From a virus (lineage: Duplodnaviria > Caudoviricetes): a stretch of 64,000 nt of DNA. The notes under the pieces are model-generated. The model did no database searches. It was not told the DNA's origin and was given only the letters and a program-made list of their open reading frames with translations. Every line of letters begins with the position of its first letter. Position 1 is the stretch's first letter. The position numbers and the translations under genes were made by a program. Location: IMG/VR virus record IMGVR_UViG_3300011116_001007. One strand, written 5' to 3'. Of this stretch, positions 29,875 to 39,942 are shown in pieces.

Positions 29875-32800
29875 TCATTTGATTAAAGCTAATGATTTTA
29901 TTCTTGCCAAAAGCGCATCACCTTCACGTGATTCGCGAGTGACATCAACATTTGTAACAGTGTTGTTGGGCAGCCGTGGTGCTTTATCTAGCGAGCTAAG
30001 TGGTGGTTCTTGGTCAAAAACCGGGGGCCCAAGATCGTCTCTGTTGCTGTAGGAAACTGGGTACGAGTCGTCAGAGCCTGGTATATCTGTATCTGGGTCT
30101 ATACGGTTAGGCTGAACAACAGGTTGGTCTGAGTGAGGCAAGAAGTATCTTGATCTTGAATTGCCTTTGTTAGGTGTATTATTTGGATCAGATCCATCTG
30201 TTGGCAGTGGTGGATATCCATCACTGCCCCACCATTTTTTGCCGGGCAGTTGGCGACTTTGAAAATATGGGCTGGTGAAACCTTTTGCTCTGTTTTGAGC
30301 TGGAGCATCAGCTTCGCTTACTTTGGTCTGATTCATGAGGTCAGACCAGGCATCATCATCTGTATCCGGAACTGATTTCATCATGTCGTCCCAGGAATTT
30401 TTATCCAATTCTCCCGGCGGCAATCCCAAATCTACAGGTGGTTTTTCAACGCCGTTGGGATTTAGAGAATTTATATAGTTGGCATCATTCATCTTGCGAT
30501 CATTTGGCTCTTCGTCACGCTGCATAGCAAAAGCATCCGGATTGTTAGGATTGATCAGCATGTGAGCCAAGGCAGGATCAACATTTGGATTTTTCAACTT
30601 TCCAAGACGTGCTGTTTCTGCACTGCTTTGATCTGCATCATCATAATTGTAGTAGTTGGATCCGCCTTGACCTGAATGTGCTTGGCCTTTGGGCTCTTCG
30701 TCTTGGTAGTCGTAACCTTGCTGACCCAAATGTGCTTGGCCTTTAGGCTCTTCATCCTGGTAGTCCGAACCGCCCTGGCCAGCATGTGCGGCGCCAGGAG
30801 TTTTAAACGATGGTGCCACATCTGCAGCCGACGACTTGTCCTGCCCAGTCATTCTGGCCAGTAGATCATTGGTGGATTTTTGCAACGAAGAACGGTTACC
30901 TGCTTTGTACATACCAGCCAGTTTCATCAGTCGTTGAATTTGTGGCATATCAAGGCTTGGTGGGGTGGGAGGCGTTGGCGCAGTTGGTGGGGTGGGAGGC
31001 GTTGGCGCAGTTATTCCCATGCCTGCTGCCATCCCGGGCATTGTGGGCATTGTGGGCATTGTGGGCATTGTGGGCATTGTGGGCATTCTCATACCAGACA
31101 TCTGCGGCATTGACCGTGTCTTTGTTTCTTCGGCCAGTTGGATGCCTGTAGACAAAATGTCTTCGTACATGCCTTGCGACCAGCATTCAGACAAGCCGTG
31201 CTCTGGACAGTATTCACCTTCCATGGTGTAGTTGCATTCGGTCAGTGGCGCTGGTCTGCCATTGAGTCCGCGAGTGCCCACTTGACTCATCACTTGGCCC
31301 ACAGTTTGACCGTCAGACTGATGTGGCGTATCGACTGGTGCATTGCTCAAGATGTCTTCAGCAAAGCGATCGCTGATCCATTCATACGGATCGCCTGAGC
31401 GAGCTTTTTTAACCCCGTATGGCATGTCATCAAAATAGTAGTCATACAGTGCATCATACAGGTCTGAACTCATTTCTCCAGTTTGTGCAAAGTCTCTAAC
31501 GTCACGTTGATATGTGGTCATGATATGTGCCAGTGTGCTGCCAGCATCATTGAGCACATTTTCTTTCAGTGGCATGCCTGCCAGGCCACGCATACGTTGC
31601 AGGCTTTCAAAGGCAGCAATGTTGTCAGCTTCTGACATACCTCGTTGACTTTTTGATTGTTCCCATTGGTCATATACTGTTTCATAGGCACTATATAATG
31701 TATCAATTTCGGGTATGCTAAGATCATACTTGTCAGGGAAATCACCTATTGCTGACATTGCTTGGTCAACAGAATCATTGAATTTATTGTTTCTAAGTCC
31801 GTATTTTGCTATATTGAACCAGGCTGTTTTGATAGGATCACCATAGTGCCCAACCTTTGCCCAGTTTCCTACTTCTCGTAGACCCAAATCAATTGGTGGA
31901 TTTTCACCAGCCATTTTTTCATTGTATGCGGCTAATCTTGCGACTTGTTCTTCATGCGAATCTTCCGCCACGCCTTGCTGCGGTTGAGCATCCATATCTG
32001 CTGCAGAACGATCAGGCATCTGTATGCCCAGTTCTTGCATTCTGGCTTGTATGTCAGTATCGTCCCACACATTGGCACGTGGGTCTTGTGCAGCCAATTC
32101 ACCGATGCGATCAAACAACACATCGTCGCCGATCAAGTCATACAGTTGTTCTGTGGCATTGGTACCATCGGGTCCCGCAATCAATTCACCACTCATGAGC
32201 TCTTTGAGTCGGGTCATTTGTTCAGGAGTTTCTGGCAGGCTCCAGGTGCCTTCGGTAACGTTGTTTACCCAGTTTTCAAAAATTTCAGCTTCTTTCATTT
32301 CGCGTCCTTGTTGTATTTTTGCCAACAGTGGAAGAGCTTGCTCAATCCTGTCGTCAATGGTCTGTTCTATGAACAGTGTTTTGATATCTTCTACCAATTG
32401 GTCTTGTTCTGTGATGCTGGCCGGATGCCATGATTCAAAATAAGCCGTGTAGCCACGTGGGCTGCTCAATCGCTTGATGTTTTCTCTCAAGGACTTGTAA
32501 TAAGTTTGAGCACCTTGTACCACGCTTTGTTTGACACCTTCTACCACACGCCCCTGGCTGGCACGATTAAAACGTGCAAGAACCTTGAGCTCATTTATCA
32601 TTTCACAAATGTGATTGCCGCGCACATCATACGGCTTGCCACCTTGACGCACATGTTCCAGCATGGCTCTGCCTCCAGCTAGATTTGTAAATGGCAATCG
32701 ATGTCGCTCACCGTCTGCTGTTTCTACAAAAATACTTTCCACATAACGGAAACGTGCGTCATTTTCGCCCAGATTGCGATTGTGTCGGATCATCAATCTT

Positions 32801-33231
32801 GCTTGGGTGGGCTCGCCGGCATAGCTGATTCTGCGTGTGCCATAGTAGCCTTCAAACAGGCCTTCTTTGATGGCGGCCAAGCCTTGCATGGTATACTTGA
32901 GCTTGCTTATGTCATCGCCGGTGTAAGTCCAGCGATGGCTGTTGGCAAATTGACTCAGTTGCTGTTGAAATTCATACCATTCGTCTTTGTCCGCATCTTC
33001 CATGCCGCGACCTAAATTGTTGCCAAACATGGCTTTTAGATCATTTCCTGAGTCCAGTATGATCACCATGGTTCCGTAGTCTTTGCCGCTGCCGCTGACA
33101 TAGTCAAATGTGAACACTTTGGCATCACTGCTGTCGCATACTTTTCCCTGCGAATCGCGCATGTCCGGGTGAAAATCTCGTGTGACCAGTAGGTCATTCA
33201 GTTGCTGAGCGATGTTGTTTTCTTGTGCCAT
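29875..33231 (-). CDS. large modular hypothetical protein, probable internal head protein
   Basis: 1118 aa; ordered N-terminal ~330 aa, then low-complexity modules; CTAAATA 7 nt before ATG. Confidence 0.75.
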   Translation of the reverse strand: MAQENNIAQQLNDLLVTRDFHPDMRDSQGKVCDSSDAKVFTFDYVSGSGKDYGTMVIILDSGNDLKAMFGNNLGRGMEDADKDEWYEFQQQLSQFANSHRWTYTGDDISKLKYTMQGLAAIKEGLFEGYYGTRRISYAGEPTQARLMIRHNRNLGENDARFRYVESIFVETADGERHRLPFTNLAGGRAMLEHVRQGGKPYDVRGNHICEMINELKVLARFNRASQGRVVEGVKQSVVQGAQTYYKSLRENIKRLSSPRGYTAYFESWHPASITEQDQLVEDIKTLFIEQTIDDRIEQALPLLAKIQQGREMKEAEIFENWVNNVTEGTWSLPETPEQMTRLKELMSGELIAGPDGTNATEQLYDLIGDDVLFDRIGELAAQDPRANVWDDTDIQARMQELGIQMPDRSAADMDAQPQQGVAEDSHEEQVARLAAYNEKMAGENPPIDLGLREVGNWAKVGHYGDPIKTAWFNIAKYGLRNNKFNDSVDQAMSAIGDFPDKYDLSIPEIDTLYSAYETVYDQWEQSKSQRGMSEADNIAAFESLQRMRGLAGMPLKENVLNDAGSTLAHIMTTYQRDVRDFAQTGEMSSDLYDALYDYYFDDMPYGVKKARSGDPYEWISDRFAEDILSNAPVDTPHQSDGQTVGQVMSQVGTRGLNGRPAPLTECNYTMEGEYCPEHGLSECWSQGMYEDILSTGIQLAEETKTRSMPQMSGMRMPTMPTMPTMPTMPTMPGMAAGMGITAPTPPTPPTAPTPPTPPSLDMPQIQRLMKLAGMYKAGNRSSLQKSTNDLLARMTGQDKSSAADVAPSFKTPGAAHAGQGGSDYQDEEPKGQAHLGQQGYDYQDEEPKGQAHSGQGGSNYYNYDDADQSSAETARLGKLKNPNVDPALAHMLINPNNPDAFAMQRDEEPNDRKMNDANYINSLNPNGVEKPPVDLGLPPGELDKNSWDDMMKSVPDTDDDAWSDLMNQTKVSEADAPAQNRAKGFTSPYFQSRQLPGKKWWGSDGYPPLPTDGSDPNNTPNKGNSRSRYFLPHSDQPVVQPNRIDPDTDIPGSDDSYPVSYSNRDDLGPPVFDQEPPLSSLDKAPRLPNNTVTNVDVTRESREGDALLARIKSLALIK
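30676..30789. repeat. 54-bp (18-aa) in-frame repeat, about 2.3 copies
   Basis: AH(A/L/S)GQ(G/Q)G(S/Y)DYQDEEPKGQ; atgtgc recurs at 30676, 30730, 30784. Confidence 0.85.
30959..31012. repeat. 27-bp perfect tandem repeat x2 (TAPTPPTPP)
   Basis: ggtggggtgggaggcgttggcgcagtt x2. Confidence 0.9.
31036..31087. repeat. 9-bp tandem repeat x5 plus a partial copy (MPT)n
   Basis: gggcattgt x5 + gggcatt. Confidence 0.95.
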
Positions 33232-33247
33232 GATTGTTTATTTAGTT

Positions 33248-34831
33248 TCAACGCATGATTGATATAAATGGCATGGGCTCAATTATGGTGTCACCGTGAT
33301 CTTTGAGATGTGTGTCTAACTCCACGTGATATGTCTGTAACATCACCAACATACGCACAGCCAACAACGTGGCCATGACCAAATCATCAGTTTCTCCGGG
33401 CTTGGCAGCAAAACTGGTGCCATGCGCCACAAATGTTTTGAGTTCAGTGATCAGTGGTGAACTGTGGATTTTCATGCGCCCAGACTCAATCAAGATTTTG
33501 GCCTTGTTGCAGGCCATGATTTTGCTTTTGTTTGTGGTGGTAAAACCCTTGCGAATTCTACGCCCAGCTGTGCCTTGCACTGAGTTGTCGCTGAGGAAAT
33601 AGCCTGGAATATTTTCTTCGCCGTATTCTGCAATGGATATCAACGCTGCTTCGCCCAGGGTGTTGTTTTCCACACTGTAGTAGATCTTACTGGAATCTTG
33701 TACTACAGCATTGATTTCTTTGATGATGTCCACTAGTATTTTGACCTGAGTGGGCACATCTGTACGATCATGCCGCCATTCAGCCACTTGTATTGTGGTG
33801 TCTGCTTCAAATACCTGTATGGCACTGGGGTCGCCGCCGGTACCTAGACTGGGATCTAGTGCCACAATGTACATCTTGTCCTTGCTGGGTTCTTTGTACC
33901 AGCGTACTTGCCCAGTTTTACGCAAGGGCTCACGTCCTTCAAGATCAATCAATTTGGTAGGAGCAATCAGTGTTTCATCATTGATAATGAACTCACAACC
34001 CATTTCACGGCGGAAACGATCTTCGCCTAAGGCTGCTCGTTGTTGATCTGCCCAGGCTTCGTCACGATCTGGATGCTCATTCCAATAACTGCGAAATGCT
34101 CTGAATCCGTTGGTGCCCAGCACAGTTTGATTGCCATATTCATCCACTGTTTTGTTGGCACCTTTCCACAAGAATGCAAACTGATCTTCGTCACTGTTGG
34201 GGGTTGATGTAATAATTGCTTTACCGCCTGTGGCCAGTGTGGGCGATATACTGGTCCAGAATTCTTTGGCAATGGTTGGGCGAACAAACGCAAACTCGTC
34301 ACAGTACAGCAGTGAAATACTCATACCACGACCGGTATTTTCAGTAGTTGTGGCTGAAACAATACGGCTGCCGTTGTCAAACTCCAAACTGCCTTTGTTG
34401 TAACTGGTAGCACCGGCACGTATGTGATTGGGGCACAGTTCGTAGGCATAGCGTATGCGTTGCATGATCTCTTGAGCGCCTGTGTACTTGTGTGCTGCAA
34501 TCAACACTGTGGAATCAGGCACAAACATAGCATACCATAGTAGGTAGCCAGCAGCACTGGTTGATTTGCCTGTTTGTCGAGGCATCATGGAGATTGAATA
34601 TCTGTAGTTGTGATACGTTTCGATCAGTCGGGTTTGATATTCAAAAGGAGAATATCGCATTTTGCCGCGTATGGGATGTTGTATGTAGAAAAAATGATCC
34701 ATAAAGTACAGCGGTCCTGTAACAGGATCAGCACACAACACAAATTCTGTGATTTCTTCGTCTGAGTAAGTCTCGCGCCGATGAGGCGCCTTGACCAATG
34801 CTGTTTCTGAACTATTTTTTAGACCAATCAT
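33248..34831 (-). CDS. gp17: terminase large subunit (T4 gp17-like)
   Basis: PRQTGKST, LLYCDEFAF, ITSTPN, RuvC-like VALDPSLGTGGD, DDLVMA. Confidence 0.95.
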   Translation of the reverse strand: MIGLKNSSETALVKAPHRRETYSDEEITEFVLCADPVTGPLYFMDHFFYIQHPIRGKMRYSPFEYQTRLIETYHNYRYSISMMPRQTGKSTSAAGYLLWYAMFVPDSTVLIAAHKYTGAQEIMQRIRYAYELCPNHIRAGATSYNKGSLEFDNGSRIVSATTTENTGRGMSISLLYCDEFAFVRPTIAKEFWTSISPTLATGGKAIITSTPNSDEDQFAFLWKGANKTVDEYGNQTVLGTNGFRAFRSYWNEHPDRDEAWADQQRAALGEDRFRREMGCEFIINDETLIAPTKLIDLEGREPLRKTGQVRWYKEPSKDKMYIVALDPSLGTGGDPSAIQVFEADTTIQVAEWRHDRTDVPTQVKILVDIIKEINAVVQDSSKIYYSVENNTLGEAALISIAEYGEENIPGYFLSDNSVQGTAGRRIRKGFTTTNKSKIMACNKAKILIESGRMKIHSSPLITELKTFVAHGTSFAAKPGETDDLVMATLLAVRMLVMLQTYHVELDTHLKDHGDTIIEPMPFISIMR

Positions 34832-36707
34832 TCAGCATCCTTTCTGCCAGCATGCTGTGCCCAACAGGTCCAGCATGCATGCGATCTCTAGCATATCCAA
34901 CTTCTTCTCTTGGTTTTGCCATGTGATCAAGCACATCATATACAAAACACGGAATATCAAGTTCGGCACATATGGCTTTTATTGCCAACTTATTTTTTTT
35001 GTAATTCAATCTGGAATTTTCGTCCATGGTATGCCAGTGTTTTAAAAAACTATCAATTTCAGTTGTGCTGTGTGATTCACCTTGTGGTAGATAGTTTTCA
35101 ACAGGCGGATAGCCCACCGCTTTTATCAATTCAAATCTAGCGGGCGGTGGTGCCAACACAAACACTGCTTTGGGTTTTAGTTTTGGAATCCAATATTCTG
35201 CCAGTCTAAAACAAGTGTCAGCTGATGCTCCGCCCCAGGCCATGGTGTACGGAACCAATCCCAATTGTTTGCCCACTATCTGTGGCCAAGTGCTGTCAAG
35301 CGGTAGTCCTATGCCAATGGTAAAACTACAGCCCAGGGCCAGCATGCAGTCTTGATCATCAAACTCAGCACAACGAAATCCATAGCTGTTGATATCATAT
35401 GTGATGGCACCGGGTTCCAACCAGCCATTATTTTTGAAATATTCGTGGTATTCAGGAACTTCGCAGAGTTTTTCAAAATTTTCTTTGCTGTCTGGCGGCA
35501 TAAACTCTCGGGTGGTATTGACATAATATGCTTCAGGATTTGTAGAGGCTCCTGGGTGCCAGGGGGAATTTTTAAATTTTTGTGTCATTGTGTTTTTTTG
35601 AAAAGGATTTTGTAAATTATCAACAACGTGCTTGACATTGTCCAACATTGATAAATGCCAATTGGTATTCATCAGCAACTGATAATTATGATCTATTGTG
35701 CTCTCAATCTGTTTTTGAACTGTCAATTGATCCATGTTGCATAATTTTTCAACCTGTTCAAAAGCAGCGGCCCATCTTTGTTTGTCATCAATGATGTTAT
35801 CATAACTTTCATCTATCACATTGCCAAATGTTCGAAATCCCAACTTTTGCAAGTTGTTTAAAAAGTTGTAGCCGGAAAACACCACAAACAATCTTTTGGC
35901 CAACAGTGCTTTGGCTATTTTTTCTGTAAAAAAACTATACTCATTGAATGCGTTGGTTTCGGTTATTATGCTATAGGCACACTGATTGTAGATGGTAATT
36001 GGAACTATCAGACTTACTTTTAAGTTTTCGCCCAGGTAATTCACGTTGGTAACCGAGCTCCAAAATGATGACGCAAATTCTACTTCGGGTTCCCAATGGT
36101 ATTTTGAAACTGTATCCTGGCCTGGCCGAGCACCGTAGGTCATAAGAAATTTTTCTCGATTGTTGCTGGCATTCACAGCGTCAAATACAAAATCTCTAAA
36201 AGGTCGACTCAGTCCAAGTAATGCATCAAAGTAAAAAGGTTTGTGCTCATGATACGTGAGTTCATGCAGTTTGTGATTTAATCTTTGTTGATAAGGTTCA
36301 AGTTGATAGTGAAATTGAACGTTGTAGGGCAAAATATTAATTGCAGAAGTAACGCAAGCAGTTGGATATACTGGCAATATCCAATAGATGTTGGATTGAT
36401 TGTGTATCTTTAAGATGTCAAGATGATATGCGTGAAATTCATTGTCAAGCGCAAAAACTGCTTCACTGCAATATTTGGTCTGTTCAATTTCCTGGCAAAA
36501 TCGTGTGCCGTTGACCATTTGCTCATGATGGTCTTGATCATTTTTTGGTGGATCAAATTGATTGATACAATTTATAAATGCCAGTTTTCTAACAGCATCT
36601 GAGTTCACATACTGATCAATTGATCTAAAAATTTCATACGGTTGAACAAACTTGCAATGTTCAATTATTTCATCTGTCACTATATTGTTACTGTAGATTG
36701 CTAACAT
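34812..36707 (-). CDS. GT10/fucosyltransferase-like GT-B domain fused to an SGNH-like domain (paralog 4)
   Basis: YSIITETN...FFTEKIAKALLAKRLFVVFSG; from MTQKF onward LALGCSF, MAWGGAS, RDRMH. Confidence 0.55.
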   Translation of the reverse strand: MLAIYSNNIVTDEIIEHCKFVQPYEIFRSIDQYVNSDAVRKLAFINCINQFDPPKNDQDHHEQMVNGTRFCQEIEQTKYCSEAVFALDNEFHAYHLDILKIHNQSNIYWILPVYPTACVTSAINILPYNVQFHYQLEPYQQRLNHKLHELTYHEHKPFYFDALLGLSRPFRDFVFDAVNASNNREKFLMTYGARPGQDTVSKYHWEPEVEFASSFWSSVTNVNYLGENLKVSLIVPITIYNQCAYSIITETNAFNEYSFFTEKIAKALLAKRLFVVFSGYNFLNNLQKLGFRTFGNVIDESYDNIIDDKQRWAAAFEQVEKLCNMDQLTVQKQIESTIDHNYQLLMNTNWHLSMLDNVKHVVDNLQNPFQKNTMTQKFKNSPWHPGASTNPEAYYVNTTREFMPPDSKENFEKLCEVPEYHEYFKNNGWLEPGAITYDINSYGFRCAEFDDQDCMLALGCSFTIGIGLPLDSTWPQIVGKQLGLVPYTMAWGGASADTCFRLAEYWIPKLKPKAVFVLAPPPARFELIKAVGYPPVENYLPQGESHSTTEIDSFLKHWHTMDENSRLNYKKNKLAIKAICAELDIPCFVYDVLDHMAKPREEVGYARDRMHAGPVGHSMLAERMLNDWSKK

Positions 36708-36752
36708 AATTTTATTAATTAAAAAACTTGACTTGACTGTCTAGACTGGTTT

Positions 36753-37298
36753 TCATTTGGCTGTTAGCCACGAATACGAACTTACTCTTAAAGAGTTAGC
36801 AGGTACAGGAGTCAGCATACCGTGCCATTGTAATTTTCTATACCCAGTTGAATCTGCATTGTTTATCATGAGATATCCTGCGTTTGGAACGGCTTCAACT
36901 TGATATCTCAGTGCAGCAGGATTGTTGTAATGATAAAATGCAGTGCCCAAATTGTCACCGATCCAGGTCATCTGAATAGCGCCTGGCAACTCCCCGTCAG
37001 TATGTATTCCGCAAATAAATCCTGGTTCATCAACCCACCAGCCTGTGCCCGAGTATTGCGCTACCGTACAATCCAGTGCTGTTCCAATCTTGGGCCACAG
37101 TTCTTCGCAATAGTCATTCCACTGTTGAATCCATTCTATTGCTGCATTATCAATCTTGCGACGTTTTTGATGACCTGGTTGTGGCTGCCAGGGCAGTTTG
37201 GCCCAATCAGTGTCAAGGACCTGTTGAACCAGTGATGGTGGAAACAGATCCATCACGCGGAACAAGTTTAGGTCTTGATCAACAGCAGTTATTTGCAT
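36753..37298 (-). CDS. 2OG-Fe(II) oxygenase-like protein
   Basis: HTD...WHG...RVS (HxD...H...RxS). Confidence 0.7.
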   Translation of the reverse strand: MQITAVDQDLNLFRVMDLFPPSLVQQVLDTDWAKLPWQPQPGHQKRRKIDNAAIEWIQQWNDYCEELWPKIGTALDCTVAQYSGTGWWVDEPGFICGIHTDGELPGAIQMTWIGDNLGTAFYHYNNPAALRYQVEAVPNAGYLMINNADSTGYRKLQWHGMLTPVPANSLRVSSYSWLTAK

Positions 37299-38437
37299 AA
37301 GAATGCCAACTCCGGCCATAGGCGCTGAAACTCGCCAGCTTTGTCTGGATGATATTTGGTTTCATTGTTATGCACATGACGCCAAAAGTCTGTGTCAATT
37401 TTGCTAATTTTATCCACACTCAATCTATTGTGATAAGTGGTTAGTGCATTGTCAAAAAACTGACGTTCAGCAGGTGTAGCAATGTTCATGGCATAGAATC
37501 TTTCAATCTCTGCAATTGCTGCTTGAGCAACTGCTGCACCGTGCAAGAATGGATCAAGGTATTCAGGTTGAAACAAGTTTTGCCATAGCACTGTGGTTTT
37601 AGTTTGTTCGGCAAATTGTCTTAGTTCACAAATACGTGTGGCATTGTACATGTTGTACACTGCATGTATACCACCCCAATGGCCTTGTGTGGTCATCAAG
37701 TGTTTGATCTTGGCAAGATTTTCTTTGATCAACGACCAACTGGCTCCGTGACGCACATACTCCAGTTGTTCACCAGTGTTATCAAAACTCATTGACCAGC
37801 CCACCCGGTTTCGTTTGGATAATTTTTGAAATATTTTGTTTTTGTCTAGATCCACATTCAAGTTTGTGATTAGTGTGACAATGGCATCCTGGGGTATGAC
37901 ATCTAGTAGCCGATCATTTTCTGGCAACAACAGTGGTTCTCCACCAACCAAGGCCACCTCGTGTATGTGTTCATAGTGCTGTTCAATAAAGTCGCAGACT
38001 GAATCGTAGTAGGGACGAGCACCAGATTTGAATGGAATTCCTTTGATACTGGCCCATTTTGAACTGCATGATTCGCCGCAATAATTACAACTTAGATTGC
38101 ATGTGGTGTTCCAACGTACATCTACTATCACAGGATAATGATATTGGTTGCCAGCAGTGGCATAATCAAAATTGGGATTCACGTTGTTGTGCCATTGCCG
38201 TTCAGAGTCTGCTCCAAAGCGTTCAGCTCGAACACAATTGGAACAATAGTCGTGCGGCTGACCTTGTGCCAAACTGGCACGTATTTCTGTCATGAGATTG
38301 CTGTTCAGTATCTGCTCAATGGTCTGGCTGTTCAAATTGCCCAGCATGTTGGGATTGCCGGCACAACAAGTTTTAACATTGCCTTGAGGATTGATATGCA
38401 AGCCGCGCCAGGGTGCAGCACAGTAGAAATTGGTCAT
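37289..38437 (-). CDS. radical SAM enzyme with N-terminal SPASM/twitch-like cluster
   Basis: CAAPW, CCAG, CSNC; CNLSCNYC; VGGEPLL; SFD; YVRHG; GTAAATA 4 nt before ATG. Confidence 0.9.
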   Translation of the reverse strand: MTNFYCAAPWRGLHINPQGNVKTCCAGNPNMLGNLNSQTIEQILNSNLMTEIRASLAQGQPHDYCSNCVRAERFGADSERQWHNNVNPNFDYATAGNQYHYPVIVDVRWNTTCNLSCNYCGESCSSKWASIKGIPFKSGARPYYDSVCDFIEQHYEHIHEVALVGGEPLLLPENDRLLDVIPQDAIVTLITNLNVDLDKNKIFQKLSKRNRVGWSMSFDNTGEQLEYVRHGASWSLIKENLAKIKHLMTTQGHWGGIHAVYNMYNATRICELRQFAEQTKTTVLWQNLFQPEYLDPFLHGAAVAQAAIAEIERFYAMNIATPAERQFFDNALTTYHNRLSVDKISKIDTDFWRHVHNNETKYHPDKAGEFQRLWPELAFLCK

Positions 38438-38470
38438 GCAGTATTTACGACATGCCTGTTTGGACAGATT

Positions 38471-39286
38471 TTAATCGTCTGCTGCGCCGCATTTGGCACG
38501 TTTGGCTCGGGTCAGTGCACCAAAATCCACAGCCCATTCTGTTCCGGGGTTGAGTTCGCGAGCATTGGCTGGGAAAGCAAACTGCACTCCTGCCATGGTT
38601 TGAATTTGACTGACAGGCAATCTAAACTTGGTCAGGTCATTGCCTAAGTTGGGATATGGTGCAGTGTGTGGGAAAGTCCAACCGGCGATTTCGTGTGTTT
38701 GATTGTTGATCACAATCTTGTAAAAGCCATGTGGTACAACCACACCCCGACCAATCTTCTTGTCAGATGCATCGTAAAAACTGCCTGCAATGACAGTATA
38801 TGCTTGATTGTGCTGCGCTGCCCAGCCACGCACTGATGTTTCTAGCAATTTCCAAATGCCGCGATTCAAGCTGCCAGCTTGTGGACTCATGTTGGTCATC
38901 AAGAAACTTTCAAACTCCACCTGTTGATCCCAGCTTAGATCGCCATCGGGTGCCATGTGCCCTTTGTCAAATCCTGTACCAGCATAATCATCCGGAGTGG
39001 CTCCATTTGAGATTAATTGATCTACTGCAAATGCATTGGTACGTGCTACACAACCCAGTGCGTTGGGTGGTGTGAGTGTGTATGCCACATAGTTGGGAAT
39101 TTTGGCCTGTGCGTCATAGGCCACAAGATATGCCTGCCGGCAGATGGGTTGTAACTGGTGTGCAGTTTTTGCAAATCCATATGGTTGATGCACTTTACAC
39201 ATGGGCAATGGATTGGGAGCTCGTTGCGTCCAAGCCTGTGCTAAATTAACGGCTGTGAGTAACAGCACAAACAAAAGTTTTTTCAT
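38471..39286 (-). CDS. DNA/RNA non-specific endonuclease (NucA/Serratia type) with Sec signal peptide
   Basis: DKGHMAP, NMSPQ..LNRGIWKLLE; MKKLLFVLLLTAVNLAQA; TATAAATA at 39291-39298. Confidence 0.9.
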   Translation of the reverse strand: MKKLLFVLLLTAVNLAQAWTQRAPNPLPMCKVHQPYGFAKTAHQLQPICRQAYLVAYDAQAKIPNYVAYTLTPPNALGCVARTNAFAVDQLISNGATPDDYAGTGFDKGHMAPDGDLSWDQQVEFESFLMTNMSPQAGSLNRGIWKLLETSVRGWAAQHNQAYTVIAGSFYDASDKKIGRGVVVPHGFYKIVINNQTHEIAGWTFPHTAPYPNLGNDLTKFRLPVSQIQTMAGVQFAFPANARELNPGTEWAVDFGALTRAKRAKCGAADD

Positions 39287-39298
39287 TGGGTATTTATA

Positions 39299-39904
39299 TT
39301 AAGCTATTTGATATATGCCACAAAGATCAAAGTGACTGCCGGTATTGGTAGCATTAACCGGTGTGTTGTATTTCCAGGCTAGGTCTGTGGTACTGCCAGA
39401 ATAATACAAGTTATGAATTGTGGTACTAGTATCTATATCTGTAATACCGGCTATGTGAAAATTTGCCGGGCTACCTGTGCCTGACGTTTGATGCAGGGTA
39501 CCGTTGGCCATGCGTATGGTCTGAGCTGAAGGAAATGGCAGAGTAATTCGATAACCCAAAGTACCAAAGTTGGTGCAGGTTGCAAAATCCACATACACTT
39601 GAAAATAACACAGAGGACCCATCAGCGTGTATGATGCTGTGGCTGTTGCACCAGCGGTGGTACCTGATACGTCTGTAAACTGCGGATCGAATGCTGTGGG
39701 AGACGAAACTCCAGAACCAAATGCCACCAAGGTCAGGTTACCATTGGTGTTGCCCACGTAAAGATTGTCAGTGATTTGATCGACTACAAGTTCACCAGGT
39801 CTAGCAACCCCATTGTAATTTTGCACAGTGATTTGTGCATTGTCCTTCATTGCCGCACGAGATATGCCGGTAATGTTTGCGTATGGTGGGGGTGGATTGG
39901 CCAT
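39299..39904 (-). CDS. probable virion structural protein
   Basis: T/G-rich 201 aa; CTAAATA and GAGGA upstream. Confidence 0.6.
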   Translation of the reverse strand: MANPPPPYANITGISRAAMKDNAQITVQNYNGVARPGELVVDQITDNLYVGNTNGNLTLVAFGSGVSSPTAFDPQFTDVSGTTAGATATASYTLMGPLCYFQVYVDFATCTNFGTLGYRITLPFPSAQTIRMANGTLHQTSGTGSPANFHIAGITDIDTSTTIHNLYYSGSTTDLAWKYNTPVNATNTGSHFDLCGIYQIA

Positions 39905-39942
39905 GATCTAAATATTCCTCGTTGGAGTATTTAGCTGTAGAT

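Noticed and set aside
30959-31087. Short tandem repeats as a CRISPR array
   Set aside because: There are no unique spacers; the repeats are contiguous and encode in-frame low-complexity protein.
3973-34831. Introns or inteins in helicase, UvsW, UvsX or terminase
   Set aside because: Lengths and motif spacing are normal, with no intein C/S...HN-C/S/T junctions or interruptions.
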